A stretch of DNA of 64,000 nt from Vicinamibacteria bacterium (GCA_963668695.2 CAXXLQ010000004.1:2976001-3040000); one strand, 5' to 3'; positions 46,245 to 54,910 are shown, counted from the stretch's first letter. Numbers and translations: made by a program. The notes: generated from the letters alone by a model not told the origin.

Positions 46245-48320
46245 TCAGTTGCCCGCCGAAGTCCGGTACTTCTCGAACCAGGCGACCTGGTTGGCGACCT
46301 TCGCGATCAACTGGCTCGGGCGCCGGCTCATGTCATGGAACGCCCCGGGCAGCCGGATCACCGCCGTGTCGATGCCGCGGAACTTGAGGGCGTGGAACAA
46401 CTGGTACGACTCCGACAGGGGTGTCCGCAGGTCCGCCGCCCCGGTGATGATCATGGTCGGCGTACTCACGTTCCCGACCAGGGAGAGCGGCGAGAACTTC
46501 CAGTAGGGCTCCGGATCCTCCCAGGGGAGGCCCTCGTAGCGGCTACCGAAGTAGTTGAACCAGTTGTCCGCGGTGAGCGTCTTGCTGATCCAGTTGATGA
46601 CCGGCTTTTCGGAGACGGCGGCGCGGAAGCGGTCGGTCTTCCCCACGATCCAGGCGGTCATGATCCCGCCAGCGCTACCGCCGGTCACGAAGAGGTTGGC
46701 CTCATCCACGTACCCGCGGGCGATCACCGCATCCACCCCGGACATGAGGTCGTCGTAGTCGTTGCCCGGGTAGTTGTGGTAGAGCAGATCCCCGAACTCC
46801 CCGCCGTAGCTCGTGCTGCCACGGGGGTTGGCGTACAGCACCACGTATCCGGCGGCGGCGAAGAGCTGCATCTCTGCCGAGAAGCGGTCGCCGTAGTGGG
46901 CGATCGGCCCGCCGTGGATTTCGAGGATGAACGGGTACCGGCGGGTCGGATCGAAGTCAGGCGGCTTCACGATCCAGCCCTGGACGGGGCGGCCATCGAA
47001 GGACGAATCCCACCAGATCTCCTCGACTTCGCCGAGGGTCCGCCGGCCGAGCAGGTCCTCGTTGAGCGAGGTGATCCGCCGCACCTCACCGCCGGGGGTC
47101 CCCACCGCGACCTCGCCCGGTTGATCCGGCCGTGTCTGGTTGAACGCGAAGCCGCCGCCGGCCGCAACCGAGAACGACCCGCTGCCGTAGGGAAGGCCGT
47201 AGGACGACCCCCCGACGCCCTGCCCGAGAACCGCGACCTCGCCGTCCAGGGTGGTGAAGGCGACCTTGGTGTTGCCCTCGTCGTCGTAACGGAAGTAGAT
47301 GCGGTGCCCGTCGGCGGCCCACACCGGATTCGAGACGCTTCGGTCCAGGCCGGTGGTGACGACCCGCCGGCCGCTCCCGTCCAGGTTCATCACCTCGAGA
47401 CGGCTGACCTGGTAGGTCCGCACCCGGTCGTCGTAACCCACGAATGCGATCCGCTCTCCGTCAGGAGACACCGCCGGGCTGTGGTCCGGCCCGTTCCGGC
47501 TGGTCAGCGCCCGGATCTCTCCGCCCGCGACCGGCGCGAGGTAGAGCTCCGAGTTGCGGTAGTCGTGCTCCCAGTCGGGGTTGCGGTTCGACGAGAAGAC
47601 GAGGTGAAGGCCGTCGGGGGTCCAGGCGGCGGGCCCGGAATGCTGGAAGTCGCCGGTGGTGACCTGAAACGGCGTGCCGCCTTCGACCGGGAGCACGAAG
47701 ATGTGGTCATAGCCGAAGTCGAGATAGCCGACTCCGTCCTGCTTGCTCTTGAAGCGGTCTTCCATGATCGGGGGATCGGCCCACTCCGCGCCCGGAGGCG
47801 GTTGCGGCGGGGCGACGAGCTGCGGAGGCGGGTAGGGCACCAGCATGTTGAAAGCGAGGTGGCGGCCGTCCGGCGACCAGCGGATGTTTCTTGGCGATTC
47901 CAGGAGCTGGGTGAGGGTGGCCGTTTCGCCGGTGTCCATCCAGCGCAAGTGGATCTGGCCCTCCGCTATGTAGGCGACCTGGGTCCCGTCCGGCGACCAG
48001 CGCGGGGCGGCGCCGGCGCTCAAGCGGCGATGACCGGACCCGTCAGCGTTCACGATCCACAGCTCGGTGCGCTGCTGGTCGCGCATGATGTCCATCGAGG
48101 TGCGGACGTAGACGACCTGGCTGCCACCCGGGGAAATCTGCGGATCCACCGCGAATTCGAGCTGGAAGACGTCCGTTGGCTCGAACCGCGCCGAATCGGC
48201 GTTTGCGGCCGTTTGGGCCTCGGCGTGGACCGGGAAGCTGCTGAGCGCCAACGCCGCGGTGAGCGCGAGGGCGCCCGCCGGGGCGAGGGGAATCAGATTC
48301 GTTCGAGTGATTCTGGACAT
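46245..48320 (-). CDS. S9 family peptidase, tandem paralog
   Basis: Same motifs; colinear with and highly similar to 44133-46160. Confidence 0.93.
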   Translation of the reverse strand: MSRITRTNLIPLAPAGALALTAALALSSFPVHAEAQTAANADSARFEPTDVFQLEFAVDPQISPGGSQVVYVRTSMDIMRDQQRTELWIVNADGSGHRRLSAGAAPRWSPDGTQVAYIAEGQIHLRWMDTGETATLTQLLESPRNIRWSPDGRHLAFNMLVPYPPPQLVAPPQPPPGAEWADPPIMEDRFKSKQDGVGYLDFGYDHIFVLPVEGGTPFQVTTGDFQHSGPAAWTPDGLHLVFSSNRNPDWEHDYRNSELYLAPVAGGEIRALTSRNGPDHSPAVSPDGERIAFVGYDDRVRTYQVSRLEVMNLDGSGRRVVTTGLDRSVSNPVWAADGHRIYFRYDDEGNTKVAFTTLDGEVAVLGQGVGGSSYGLPYGSGSFSVAAGGGFAFNQTRPDQPGEVAVGTPGGEVRRITSLNEDLLGRRTLGEVEEIWWDSSFDGRPVQGWIVKPPDFDPTRRYPFILEIHGGPIAHYGDRFSAEMQLFAAAGYVVLYANPRGSTSYGGEFGDLLYHNYPGNDYDDLMSGVDAVIARGYVDEANLFVTGGSAGGIMTAWIVGKTDRFRAAVSEKPVINWISKTLTADNWFNYFGSRYEGLPWEDPEPYWKFSPLSLVGNVSTPTMIITGAADLRTPLSESYQLFHALKFRGIDTAVIRLPGAFHDMSRRPSQLIAKVANQVAWFEKYRTSAGN

Positions 48321-48425
48321 TGTGCGACTCTTCGATTCAGGGTGAGGGGCAGGCTCTCCAAGTACGAAAGCCCGACCTACGCATCATGACGGAGTGGCGG
48401 CACTATGGCCATGCGCACCCGCTAG

Positions 48426-48657
48426 CAGCCTGTGGTGGAACCCGGGTGAGCGCCGAGGCCGCCAGTTCTCCCGGTGGGGGGAGGCGCCCGGCTGACAAGG
48501 CGCGTGAGGGAGGAGCCCCCACCGGGAGAACTGGCCCGGGTGTATTTCGACCGAAACGCAACGACGAGCGGCGCGAAGCGACGCGGTTCAGCCGGGATGG
48601 ATCGCCGGCCGAGCCCCCACCGGGAGAACTGGGCCGCGCGGGTTTCATTACAGGCTG
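48426..48657 (-). mobile_element. MITE family A copy, 232 bp, 3 modules; composite remnant continues to about 48805
   Basis: CTAG then CAGCCTGTGGTGGAACCC...GGGTTTCATTACAGGCTG; downstream remnant GCGGGATGCATCGCCGGCCG and another TIR-like end GGGTTTCACCACCGGCGG-CTAA. Confidence 0.82.
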
Positions 48658-48817
48658 TTTGGGCGGGATGCATCGCCGGCCGTTTCCGGAGCGGGGCGCA
48701 AGCACCGCGTAGACCCCGGAGCGGAAAGGACGGGGGGCGGGACCACCCGACCCCCATCCCTTCTTGGCTCGGGAACGCCGCCGGGGTTTCACCACCGGCG
48801 GCTAAACTCCGTCGCCC

Positions 48818-50239
48818 GTGATCCGCGTTCCGGTCCTCCGCTGGGGAAAGCCCTACCGCAGTCTGGAGACGACGACCGTTTCCCACTTCCTCACCGGCGA
48901 GCCGGTTGCCGAGGTGGATCAGGTCACGCCGGGAATCGTGAAGCGCGACCTGAGGCGGGCCGGAATGGCGCGTGCGGCGCTCCGGGATTTCCCGATCCGG
49001 GATCTGCTGGCCCGCGTAAAGGAGGCCGCCCGCCTCTACATGGAGGCAGAACTGCCGCTCGGCGACGCCACCCAGAGCCCGCAGGAGTTCGTCCGCTCCC
49101 AGTCGGGGACCACTGGCCTCCCGGAATCCATGTGCCGCGCCAACATGGAAAAGAACCGCTTCGTGCTCGAGCGGATGGACCAGGTACTGGACGCCCTGAC
49201 CCGCGGCCTGGACCTCGACATCCTTTCGACCGGACACGGGATGGAGGAGCGGGGCGTCCCGGTGTCCTACCAGGCGCAGACGCCGGTGCTCGCCTGCGTC
49301 CTGCCGTCCAACTCGCCGGGCGTTCACACGCTCTGGCTTCCGGTGATTCCCCTGCAGATCGGTCTCGTGCTCAAGCCGGGTCCCGAAGAGCCCTGGACCC
49401 CGTACCGGATGGCCGAGGCCTTCTTCGCCGCCGGGATTCCCCGGGAAGCGATCGCCGTCTATCCCGGTGGCGCCGAGGTAGGGGCGGCGGTGGTCGAAGC
49501 GGCGCCGCGAACGCTGATCTTCGGCAGCCGGGCGACAGTGGAGCGCTACCGGAGCAATCCGTCGGTGCGCGTCCACGGCCCCGGGTTCTCGAAGATTCTG
49601 CTCGGTGACGACTTGGTGGATCGCTGGGAAGAGCATCTGGACGTGCTCTTCGAGAGCGTTTTCCTGAACAGCGGACGCAGTTGCATCTCCTGTTCCGGCA
49701 TTTGGGCGTCCCGGCATACCGAGGCGATCGCCGCGGCGCTCGCGGAGCGGCTCGCCTCGTTCCGGCCGCGTCCTCCCGACGATCCCGAGAGCGCACTCGC
49801 CGCCTTTACGGTTCCCGGAATGGCCGAAACGATTGACCGGGACATCGAACAGCGCCTGGCTGGCGGCGGGGCCAGCGATCTCACCGCCACGCTCCGCGAC
49901 GGCCCGCGGCTCGTGCAGGAGGGACGCGCTTCCTGGCTGCTTCCCACGGTCCTGCATTGCGAGAGCCCACAAGTGCCGGCCGCGAACGTGGAATACATGT
50001 TTCCGTTCGTCTCGGTGGTCCGCTGTCCGCAGGAAGAAATGATCGGACGGATCGGAGACACCCTGGTGGCCACCGCAATCACCGACGACGTGAGTTTTCG
50101 GACGGATCTGCTGGAGACGACCTCGATCGATCGCCTGAATTTCGGACCGATCCCGACAACCCGGCTCAATTGGCTCCAGCCGCACGAGGGCAACATCGTG
50201 GATGTGCTCTACCGGGCCCGGGCATTCCAGAGCGCCTGA
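48818..50239 (+). CDS. Aldehyde dehydrogenase-superfamily / acyl-CoA reductase (LuxC/EhpG-like)
   Basis: LPSNSPGVH, LKPG, IFG, HGPGFSK, NSGRSCISCS (catalytic Cys), EYMFPF, HEGN. Confidence 0.85.
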   Translation: MIRVPVLRWGKPYRSLETTTVSHFLTGEPVAEVDQVTPGIVKRDLRRAGMARAALRDFPIRDLLARVKEAARLYMEAELPLGDATQSPQEFVRSQSGTTGLPESMCRANMEKNRFVLERMDQVLDALTRGLDLDILSTGHGMEERGVPVSYQAQTPVLACVLPSNSPGVHTLWLPVIPLQIGLVLKPGPEEPWTPYRMAEAFFAAGIPREAIAVYPGGAEVGAAVVEAAPRTLIFGSRATVERYRSNPSVRVHGPGFSKILLGDDLVDRWEEHLDVLFESVFLNSGRSCISCSGIWASRHTEAIAAALAERLASFRPRPPDDPESALAAFTVPGMAETIDRDIEQRLAGGGASDLTATLRDGPRLVQEGRASWLLPTVLHCESPQVPAANVEYMFPFVSVVRCPQEEMIGRIGDTLVATAITDDVSFRTDLLETTSIDRLNFGPIPTTRLNWLQPHEGNIVDVLYRARAFQSA

Positions 50240-50244
50240 GAGGC

Positions 50245-50949
50245 GTGGATACGAGCGAAGGACGCGCGGGGTCCGTGACCGGGGGCCTCCAGGTATCGGG
50301 GCTCGTCAAGGACTATCCGGCGCCTTCCGGGCTGCTGCGCGTGCTGGACGGAGTGGATCTGGAGCTGCGGCCCGGCGAAGCCGCCTCGGTGATGGGCGCC
50401 TCGGGCTGCGGCAAGAGCACCCTCCTCTTCGTGCTCGGCGCGATCGAGGCCCCCTCCGCCGGAGAAGTTCGGCTCGACGGAGTGGATCCCCACGAACTCG
50501 ACCCGGACGACCAGGCCGGCTTCCGGCGGGACCAGGTGGGTTTCGTGTTCCAGGATCACTGCCTCCTGCCGCAGTGCACGGCGCTCGAGAACGTGCTGGC
50601 GCCGACCCTTCCGGATCCGCGTCCGAACGACGCCGAGCGCGCCGCCGCCCTGCTCGACCGGGTGGGGCTGTCCGGCCGGCTGCGACACCTCCCGGCGGAG
50701 CTTTCCGGCGGCGAGAAACAGCGGGTGGCGATCGCCCGTGCCCTCGTGCGGGCGCCCCGTCTCCTGCTGTGCGACGAGCCGACCGGCAACCTGGACGGGG
50801 AATCTGCCGACGAGGTGGCGGCCCTGCTCCTGGAGGCGAGTGCGCTCGACGAGGGCCGGATCGTCGTCCTGGTCACTCACGACGCGGAGCTGGGAGGGCG
50901 TTTCCCGAAGCGTTTCCGGATGAGCCGGGGGCGCCTCACCGGCATTTAG
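50245..50949 (+). CDS. ABC transporter ATP-binding protein (LolD/MacB-like)
   Basis: [40 protein letters not shown]. Start is GTG 50245 or 50275. Confidence 0.92.
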   Translation: MDTSEGRAGSVTGGLQVSGLVKDYPAPSGLLRVLDGVDLELRPGEAASVMGASGCGKSTLLFVLGAIEAPSAGEVRLDGVDPHELDPDDQAGFRRDQVGFVFQDHCLLPQCTALENVLAPTLPDPRPNDAERAAALLDRVGLSGRLRHLPAELSGGEKQRVAIARALVRAPRLLLCDEPTGNLDGESADEVAALLLEASALDEGRIVVLVTHDAELGGRFPKRFRMSRGRLTGI

Positions 50950-51365
50950 CAGCCGGTGAACAGAGTCACGCGGCCCAGTTCTCCCGGTGGGGGCTCGGCC
51001 GGCGACGCATTCCGGCTGAAACGCTTTGCTTCGCATCGCTCATCGTTGCGCTTCGGTCGAAATACACTCGGGCCAGTTCTCCCGGTGGGGGCTCCTCCCT
51101 CGCGCGCCTTGTGAGCCGGGCGCCTCACCGGCATCGGCGCTAGCAGCCCGTGGTGAAACCCAAGCGGCGTTCGAGCGGCGATCCATCCCGCCTGAACCGC
51201 GCCGCTTTGCGGCGCTCTGCGTTGCGTTTCGGTCGAAATACACTCGGGCCAGTTCTCCCGGTGGGGGCTCCTCCCTCACGCGCCTTGTCAGCCGGGCGCC
51301 TCGCCGCTCTCGGCGCTCACCCGGGTTCCACCACAGGCTGCTAACGTCACTCTGTCCACAGACTG
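50950..51365 (+). mobile_element. Nested MITE family A pair (outer 50950-51365, inner 51144-51340)
   Basis: Inner copy 197 = 179 + 18, flanked by CTAG/CTAA; outer net 215 = 179 + 36, flanked by TTAG/CTAA. Confidence 0.87.
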
Positions 51366-51372
51366 CTAAGCG

Positions 51373-54300
51373 ATGACCACCGGCTTCGGGGCTGCCCACC
51401 TCACGCGGCGGGGACTTCGCTACTACCGCCGCGAGCACCTGCTGGTCGCCGCCGCCACCGCGGTGGCCGTGGCCGTGCTGGTCGGCGCGCTGGTGGTGGG
51501 CGATTCGGTGCGGGGCAGCCTGAGGGCGGCGTTCACCGAACGCCTCGGCGCCACCGACTACGCGATCCTCCCGACGCACGCCTTCGCGGACGACCCGGAC
51601 TCCGGATTGGCGGCCCGGCTGGCGGCACGAGATGAGTACCGCGCGCGGTTCGAGCCGGCCGTTCCGATCTACCGGCTCGCGGGCACCGTAGTCGCCCCGG
51701 ACGGCGGGACGGTCCCCGTGACCGTGCTTGGCGTGGACGGGCGTTTCTTCGCGTTCCACGGGCTTGAAGACGTCATCGACCCGGGAACGGCGCGCATCAG
51801 TAGTGGCGTCCGGCGGCTCGGGTTCGCTCCCGGAGACGCGCTCCTCATCCAGGTCGGCGGGTACGAGGACATCGCGGCGGCGTCGCTGTTCGGAGAAAAG
51901 GAGAGCACGGGGATCATGCTCCGGCGCGACGTCGCCGGCTGGCCGGCTCCGGCGCCGGGAGTGGCGTCTGGCGACTTCGCCCTCTTCCCCGGGCAGGGGG
52001 CCACCCGGGCGGTCTTCTTGCCGCTCGACGACCTGCGCCGGTTCGTCGAGCTGGAGGGCAGGGGTCGCAGGGACGACCAGGCCCCACTCCGGGCCAACGC
52101 CCTGCTCGTTCGGAACACCGCGCGGGACGCGGCGACTGCTGGCAACGCCGCGGCGCTCGAGGACGTACTCGCCGAGGTGAGCTCTCTCGATGACCGCGGG
52201 CTGAGGCTGAGCGACGGCGCGTCGGGAGGGAGCGTTCTGGAGAGCCGGAGTCTGGTGCTGGACGACCGCGTCGTCGAGGGAGCGCTGGCGGCGGCCGGCC
52301 AACGGGGCGCCGAGGCGGCGCCGGTACTGACCTATCTGGCCACGGGTATCCGGGCAGCCGGTCGCGAAACCCCCTATTCACTCGTCAGCGGGATACCGGC
52401 GCCGCTCCTCCCCGGCGGCGACGCGCGGGAAGACGAGGAAGACGTGCTCTATCCGGGGCCGTGGCTGGCCGAGGACCTTGCGCTCCACCCGGGCGACCCG
52501 CTCGAACTTTCATTCCTCGTCTGGGAGGAGGAAGGGCGCTTCCATTCGGAATCCGCATCGTTCGTGGCCGGAGCAACGGTCCCCGGCGACGGCCTCTTCC
52601 TGGATGTGACGCTTGCTCCCGAGTTTCCGGGAGTGAGCGATTCGACCCGGATGGGTGACTGGGATCCGCCCTTTCCGGTGGATTTGAGCCGGATTCGCGA
52701 GCGCGACGAGAAGTACTGGGAAGAGCACCGGACGCTCCCCAAGGCGTTCGTGCCGCTCGGCACCGCAAGGCGTCTCTGGACGATGCGCCAGGGGAGCGCC
52801 ACCTCGGTTCGATTCGGGGCCGACGTCGGTGGAGGCCCGGGAAGCGATTTGCACGAAGCACTGCTCGCCGCGTTGCCGCCCGAGGACTTCGGGCTCGTGC
52901 CGCTGCCGGTCCGCCAGCAGGGGCTCGAAGCGTCGCGGGGCGCGACGGATTTCGGCGTGTATTTCCTCTACTTTTCCTATTTCCTGTTGGTGTCGGCGTT
53001 CGTGCTGCTGGCGCTCCTGTACCGGTTGGGAGTGGAACGCCGGCTTCGGGAGATCGGCCTGCTGCTTGCGTGCGGTTGGTCCCCCCGCCGGGTTTCCCGC
53101 AGCCTGCTGTCCGAGGCCGCCGTCGTGGCGTCGGCCGGTGCGGTGGCCGGTGCGTTCGCCGGTCTTGCCTACGCCACTGGCATGATCGGCCTGCTCTCCG
53201 GAGTGTGGGAGGGCGCGGTGGCCGGGACACTCTCCACGAATACGGGAGACGGCAGTGCGGGCGCCGCGCTCGGGGTGTCGGTTCGGTGGTCCTCGATCCT
53301 CGCGGGCGCCTTTTCGGGGGTCGTGATGGCCATGGGAGCCGCCTGGTGGACACTGAGGAAGCTCGTCCGGTGTTCTCCGCGGGGACTCCTCGCCGGGAAT
53401 CCCACTGAGGACCTCGGGAGTTGGCCACTCGTCGCGCCGGCCGGTTCCCCCGGCGCGGGCTCTAGGCGCTTCGCGGTCGTTACCGGAGCCTCCGGCCTCC
53501 TGCTGCTCGGTTTGGCGGTCACCGGGACGATCCCGGAAGCGGCCGGTTTCTTCGGGGCGGGCGCGGCCCTCCTCGCGACGGCGTTCCTCGTCGCGTGGGC
53601 GCGTCTGAAGGGCCTTGCGGACCCGGCGCGCCGTGCCGCACCCACGTCCGGTTCCGGCCTCCGCGGGCTTGCGTTCCGTGCCACCACCTTCCGGCCGGGA
53701 CGCAGCCTGGCGGCGATGATCCTGATCGCCTTCGCCGCGTTCACCCTGGTGGCGGTCGAAGCGTTCCGAAAACAGCCCGATCCCGGGACCCTTCCGGCGG
53801 GGGCCGGGGGTTTCGTCTCCATTACCGAAACCGTCTTCGGTTCGCCCTGGGATCCGCGCGATCCCGAGGGCCACCAGGCGCTCAACCTGCTGCCGCCGGA
53901 TCTCTCCGGAGTCCGCATCCAGCCGCTCCGGCTCGCCGGCGACGAGGACGCGAGTTGCCTGAACCTCTATCGCCCCTCGCGGCCCCGGGTGATCGGCATC
54001 CCGCGCGCGCTCGCGGAAGAAAACCGCTTTCCGTTCGGCGCCCACCTCGGCGAGAGCCCCGAGGAAATCGAAAACCCGTGGCGCCTGCTCTGGCGAGACC
54101 GCGAGTCCGGAGAGGCGATTCCGGTCATCGGCGACCAGAACTCCATGACGTACGTGCTCAAGTGGCCGGTCGGGGAGGAACGCGCCTTTCCGATCGGGCC
54201 CGGGGGCGCCCTGGTCCGGCTCCGGCTCGTCGGCACGCTCTGGGACAGTCTCTTCCAGGGCGAGTTGCTGATGGCCGAGGAGGACCTGCTCGCGGCGCTA

Positions 54301-54861
54301 CCCGCTCCCGACGGCTATCGGCTTTTTCTCACCGAACCGGAGGAGATCCCCCGGGGCGAAGAAGCGCTTGCCGCCGCGGAAGCGTTCGCCGGCAATATGG
54401 TGACTGGCGCACTTGCCGATTACGGGGCGGTTTCGACGCCCACCCGGGCCCGCCTCGACGAGTTCCACCGGGTCGAGAACACCTATCTCTCCACCTTTCA
54501 GGCGCTCGGCGGCCTCGGGCTCCTGCTCGGCACCTTCGGCCTCGGAGCGGTGCTGCTCCGGAATGCGGACGAGCGCCGACAGGAGTGGGCCCTGCTGAGC
54601 GCCGCCGGTTACCGCCGCCGGGACTTCGCGAAGCTCGGTTTCTGGGAGAACGCCCTCCTGCTCACGGGCGGGCTCGCGGCCGGGAGCATCGCCGCCGTTA
54701 TCGCGATCCTTCCGGTGCTAGGGCAGCGGAGCGCCGGCGGGAGTCTCACCCTGCTGGCCTTGTTGCTGCTGGGCGTCCTGACCTTTGGTCTGGGGGCGGG
54801 AGCGCTCGCCGCTCGCACCGCCGCGAACCGCCCGATCCTGGAGTCGCTCCGCGCGGGCTGA
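51373..54861 (+). CDS. Large ABC transporter permease with two FtsX-like domains
   Basis: GALVVGDSVRGSL, ERRLREIGLLLACG, ENTYLSTFQALGGLGLLLG, ERRQEWALLSAAG. Confidence 0.9.
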   Translation: MTTGFGAAHLTRRGLRYYRREHLLVAAATAVAVAVLVGALVVGDSVRGSLRAAFTERLGATDYAILPTHAFADDPDSGLAARLAARDEYRARFEPAVPIYRLAGTVVAPDGGTVPVTVLGVDGRFFAFHGLEDVIDPGTARISSGVRRLGFAPGDALLIQVGGYEDIAAASLFGEKESTGIMLRRDVAGWPAPAPGVASGDFALFPGQGATRAVFLPLDDLRRFVELEGRGRRDDQAPLRANALLVRNTARDAATAGNAAALEDVLAEVSSLDDRGLRLSDGASGGSVLESRSLVLDDRVVEGALAAAGQRGAEAAPVLTYLATGIRAAGRETPYSLVSGIPAPLLPGGDAREDEEDVLYPGPWLAEDLALHPGDPLELSFLVWEEEGRFHSESASFVAGATVPGDGLFLDVTLAPEFPGVSDSTRMGDWDPPFPVDLSRIRERDEKYWEEHRTLPKAFVPLGTARRLWTMRQGSATSVRFGADVGGGPGSDLHEALLAALPPEDFGLVPLPVRQQGLEASRGATDFGVYFLYFSYFLLVSAFVLLALLYRLGVERRLREIGLLLACGWSPRRVSRSLLSEAAVVASAGAVAGAFAGLAYATGMIGLLSGVWEGAVAGTLSTNTGDGSAGAALGVSVRWSSILAGAFSGVVMAMGAAWWTLRKLVRCSPRGLLAGNPTEDLGSWPLVAPAGSPGAGSRRFAVVTGASGLLLLGLAVTGTIPEAAGFFGAGAALLATAFLVAWARLKGLADPARRAAPTSGSGLRGLAFRATTFRPGRSLAAMILIAFAAFTLVAVEAFRKQPDPGTLPAGAGGFVSITETVFGSPWDPRDPEGHQALNLLPPDLSGVRIQPLRLAGDEDASCLNLYRPSRPRVIGIPRALAEENRFPFGAHLGESPEEIENPWRLLWRDRESGEAIPVIGDQNSMTYVLKWPVGEERAFPIGPGGALVRLRLVGTLWDSLFQGELLMAEEDLLAALPAPDGYRLFLTEPEEIPRGEEALAAAEAFAGNMVTGALADYGAVSTPTRARLDEFHRVENTYLSTFQALGGLGLLLGTFGLGAVLLRNADERRQEWALLSAAGYRRRDFAKLGFWENALLLTGGLAAGSIAAVIAILPVLGQRSAGGSLTLLALLLLGVLTFGLGAGALAARTAANRPILESLRAG

Positions 54862-54886
54862 TCACCACATCGGACCGCGACGCGCG

Positions 54887-54910
54887 GGGATCGCCGGCCT
54901 CTGGCCGGCA
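54887..54910 (+). repeat. Short REP-like palindrome
   Basis: GGGATCGCCGGCCTCTGGCCGGCA followed by hairpin CGCCGCCC-GGA-GGGCGGCG. Confidence 0.55.

Noticed and set aside
39128-48817. Prophage or integrative element
   Set aside because: No integrase, transposase, replication or phage genes were recognised in the block.
38030-50239. Phenazine or bioluminescence cluster
   Set aside because: Only the ligase and reductase-like genes are present; no phzA-G or luxAB/luxD in the window.
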